A DNA stretch of 17,763 bases from the NCBI GenBank assembly GCA_031422435.1, contig JANPLU010000010.1, positions 1 to 17,763 of the forward strand, read 5' to 3'. Of the stretch, positions 16,394-17,763 are shown in pieces. A program made the position numbers and the translations under genes. Origin of the DNA: Acaryochloridaceae cyanobacterium VAR_48_metabat_390. GTDB lineage: Bacteria; Cyanobacteriota; Cyanobacteriia; Thermosynechococcales; Thermosynechococcaceae. The stretch's first letter is position 1. Every line of letters starts with the position of its first letter. The notes below the pieces were generated by a model. The model ran no database searches, had not been told where the DNA came from, and saw nothing but the letters and a program-made list of their open reading frames with translations.

Positions 16394-16834
16394 GTGACAA
16401 AGCACCCGCTTTTTTCGCTGAATGTCCCCCATCCTTTGGCAGCAAGTACGGCTCAAATGCTATCCCCTGCTTCGTTGGCCTATTTAGGAGATTCTGTGTA
16501 TGAGCTATACATTCGTACCCAGTACCTTCTGCCGCCAGCACGGATTCGAGACTACCATCAGCAAGTGGTTAATTGCGTTCGAGCTGAAACCCAGGCGGCT
16601 TTTGTTAAAGCGCTTATGCCTTGCCTTAGCCCAGAGGAAGTTCGCATTGTAAAGCAGGGTCGCAATGCCGCGACAGGGCATCCCAAACGACTGAGCCTAG
16701 AGATTTATCAGTACGCTACGGCACTGGAAACCCTAGTCGGATATTTATACCTAACGGATATAGAACGACTGTCCGAGCTTCTAGGACAGTTTTCTTTGAC
16801 TGAACTAACCCAGACAGAAAAATTGCTGTCTTAG
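16394..16834 (+). CDS. mrnC: Mini-ribonuclease III
   Basis: LAYLGDSVYELYIR, VRAETQA, GRNA, YQYATALETLVGYLYL. No dsRBD. Sits next to rlmB. GAGG precedes the GTG start. Confidence 0.92.
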   Translation: MTKHPLFSLNVPHPLAASTAQMLSPASLAYLGDSVYELYIRTQYLLPPARIRDYHQQVVNCVRAETQAAFVKALMPCLSPEEVRIVKQGRNAATGHPKRLSLEIYQYATALETLVGYLYLTDIERLSELLGQFSLTELTQTEKLLS

Positions 16835-16925
16835 CAGTTTAGGCAGCTAGCTTTAGTTTTGCGACCGTACTGCTTTTTCTCCAAACATTACAACGTTTTA
16901 TCAAAACTTTTTAAGGAGCCAATTC

Positions 16926-17763
16926 ATGCAGCCTAAACCCAAGCCTTCCAAGGGTAAACCTAAACTGGTGAGCGGGCGCTCCAAACACGGCGGCGCAAGA
17001 CCACAGCGTCCTAAATTCCAAAAGCCAGTGGCAGCTTCAGCAGCACCTCGAAAGGTTTTGGCGCAGATTCCCGTGCGTTTGGATGCCCAGCCTGTGGTGA
17101 CGGCAGCAGCAGCGGCTGAAGAAGAATCAAATGACCTTATCTATGGGCGGCACACGCTTTTGGCTGCGTTGGAGAGCGATCGCGCCCTTAACCGGATCTG
17201 GGTCGTGTCTCATTTGCGCTACGACGCTAAGTTTACGACGTTGCTAGATCAGGCCAAACGCAAGGGCACGGTTATTGATGAGGTAGACAACAAACGGCTT
17301 GACTTTATTACAGAACAGGCGAGACACCAAGGCATTGCTGCTCAAGTTGCCAGCTATGACTATCTAGACCTCCCCGATTTGATCACTCAGGCCAAAGCTG
17401 CGACCGATAGCCCCGTCATTGTGGCACTTGACAGCATGACCGATCCCCACAACTTGGGCGCAATTATCCGCACGGCAGAAGCATTGGGTGCCCAAGGTAT
17501 TGTGATCCCGCAGCGACGAGCGGTTGGCATTACTTCGGCTGTGGCAAAGGTCGCAGCAGGGGCGCTGGAGTCTATTGCTGTGGCGAGGGTCGTAAACCTT
17601 AACCAGGCATTAGAGCAGCTTAAGGAAAGCGGATTTTGGATTTATGGTCTTGCCCCTAACGCCAAGGAGTCTCTGCATAAAATGAGCTTGAGCGGCCCTA
17701 TCGTGTTGGTAGTAGGTGCTGAGGGAGAGGGCTTAAGCCTATTGACACAACGCCATTGTGACG
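16926..17763 (+). CDS. rlmB: 23S rRNA (Gm2251) 2'-O-methyltransferase, SpoU family (3' end runs off the window)
   Basis: Translated by hand. AAGGAG precedes the ATG at 16926. [52 protein letters not shown]. Confidence 0.94.
   Translation, partial: MQPKPKPSKGKPKLVSGRSKHGGARPQRPKFQKPVAASAAPRKVLAQIPVRLDAQPVVTAAAAAEEESNDLIYGRHTLLAALESDRALNRIWVVSHLRYDAKFTTLLDQAKRKGTVIDEVDNKRLDFITEQARHQGIAAQVASYDYLDLPDLITQAKAATDSPVIVALDSMTDPHNLGAIIRTAEALGAQGIVIPQRRAVGITSAVAKVAAGALESIAVARVVNLNQALEQLKESGFWIYGLAPNAKESLHKMSLSGPIVLVVGAEGEGLSLLTQRHCD

Larger units (their letters stand above)
973..17183. repeat. Dispersed HIP1 octamer GCGATCGC (about 22 copies)
   Basis: Copies start at 973, 1177, 1712, 1849, 3571, 4179, 6303, 7946, 8669, 8918, 9019, 9293, 9362, 9610, 11414, 11763, 12348, 13285, 14922, 14960, 16257 and 17176. 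Fewer than one copy is expected by chance. Hallmark of many cyanobacterial genomes. Confidence 0.95.

Noticed and set aside
5617..16541. Remaining short antisense or overlapping track ORFs inside the GH15-like gene, folC, DUF2854, yajQ, the hydrolase, speE, hicB, carA and mrnC
   Set aside because: They overlap well-supported genes and carry no recognisable motifs.

Overview
Cyanobacterial chromosomal segment, inferred from about 22 hand-counted HIP1 octamers (GCGATCGC) and cyanobacteria-typical genes. It is mostly housekeeping. In order: ahcY (minus strand, truncated at the left edge, missed by the ORF track), a secreted TPR protein, a Uma2 nuclease-like protein with a 21-nt tandem repeat, a Cys-pair hypothetical protein, a PfkB sugar kinase, a VirB10/TrbI-like membrane protein, and a 1094-aa GH15 / phosphorylase-kinase alpha/beta homolog. 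A minus-strand run follows (in transcription order: speD, speE-like, alpha/beta hydrolase, yajQ, DUF2854, folC), then an orphan HicB and a plus-strand run of carA, STAS, Mini-III and rlmB (truncated at the right edge). I see no CRISPR array, rRNA, tRNA or transposase. The best leads are a probable AUU start codon for the STAS anti-sigma antagonist, a Pseudomonas-type AhcY with a nested inverted repeat upstream, a thermospermine/aminopropylagmatine-synthase-like SpeE, a Pro-Pro mini-ORF overlapping alternative hairpins upstream of speD, and a stem-loop in front of the Mini-III gene. Family assignments rest on motif recall, not on database searches.
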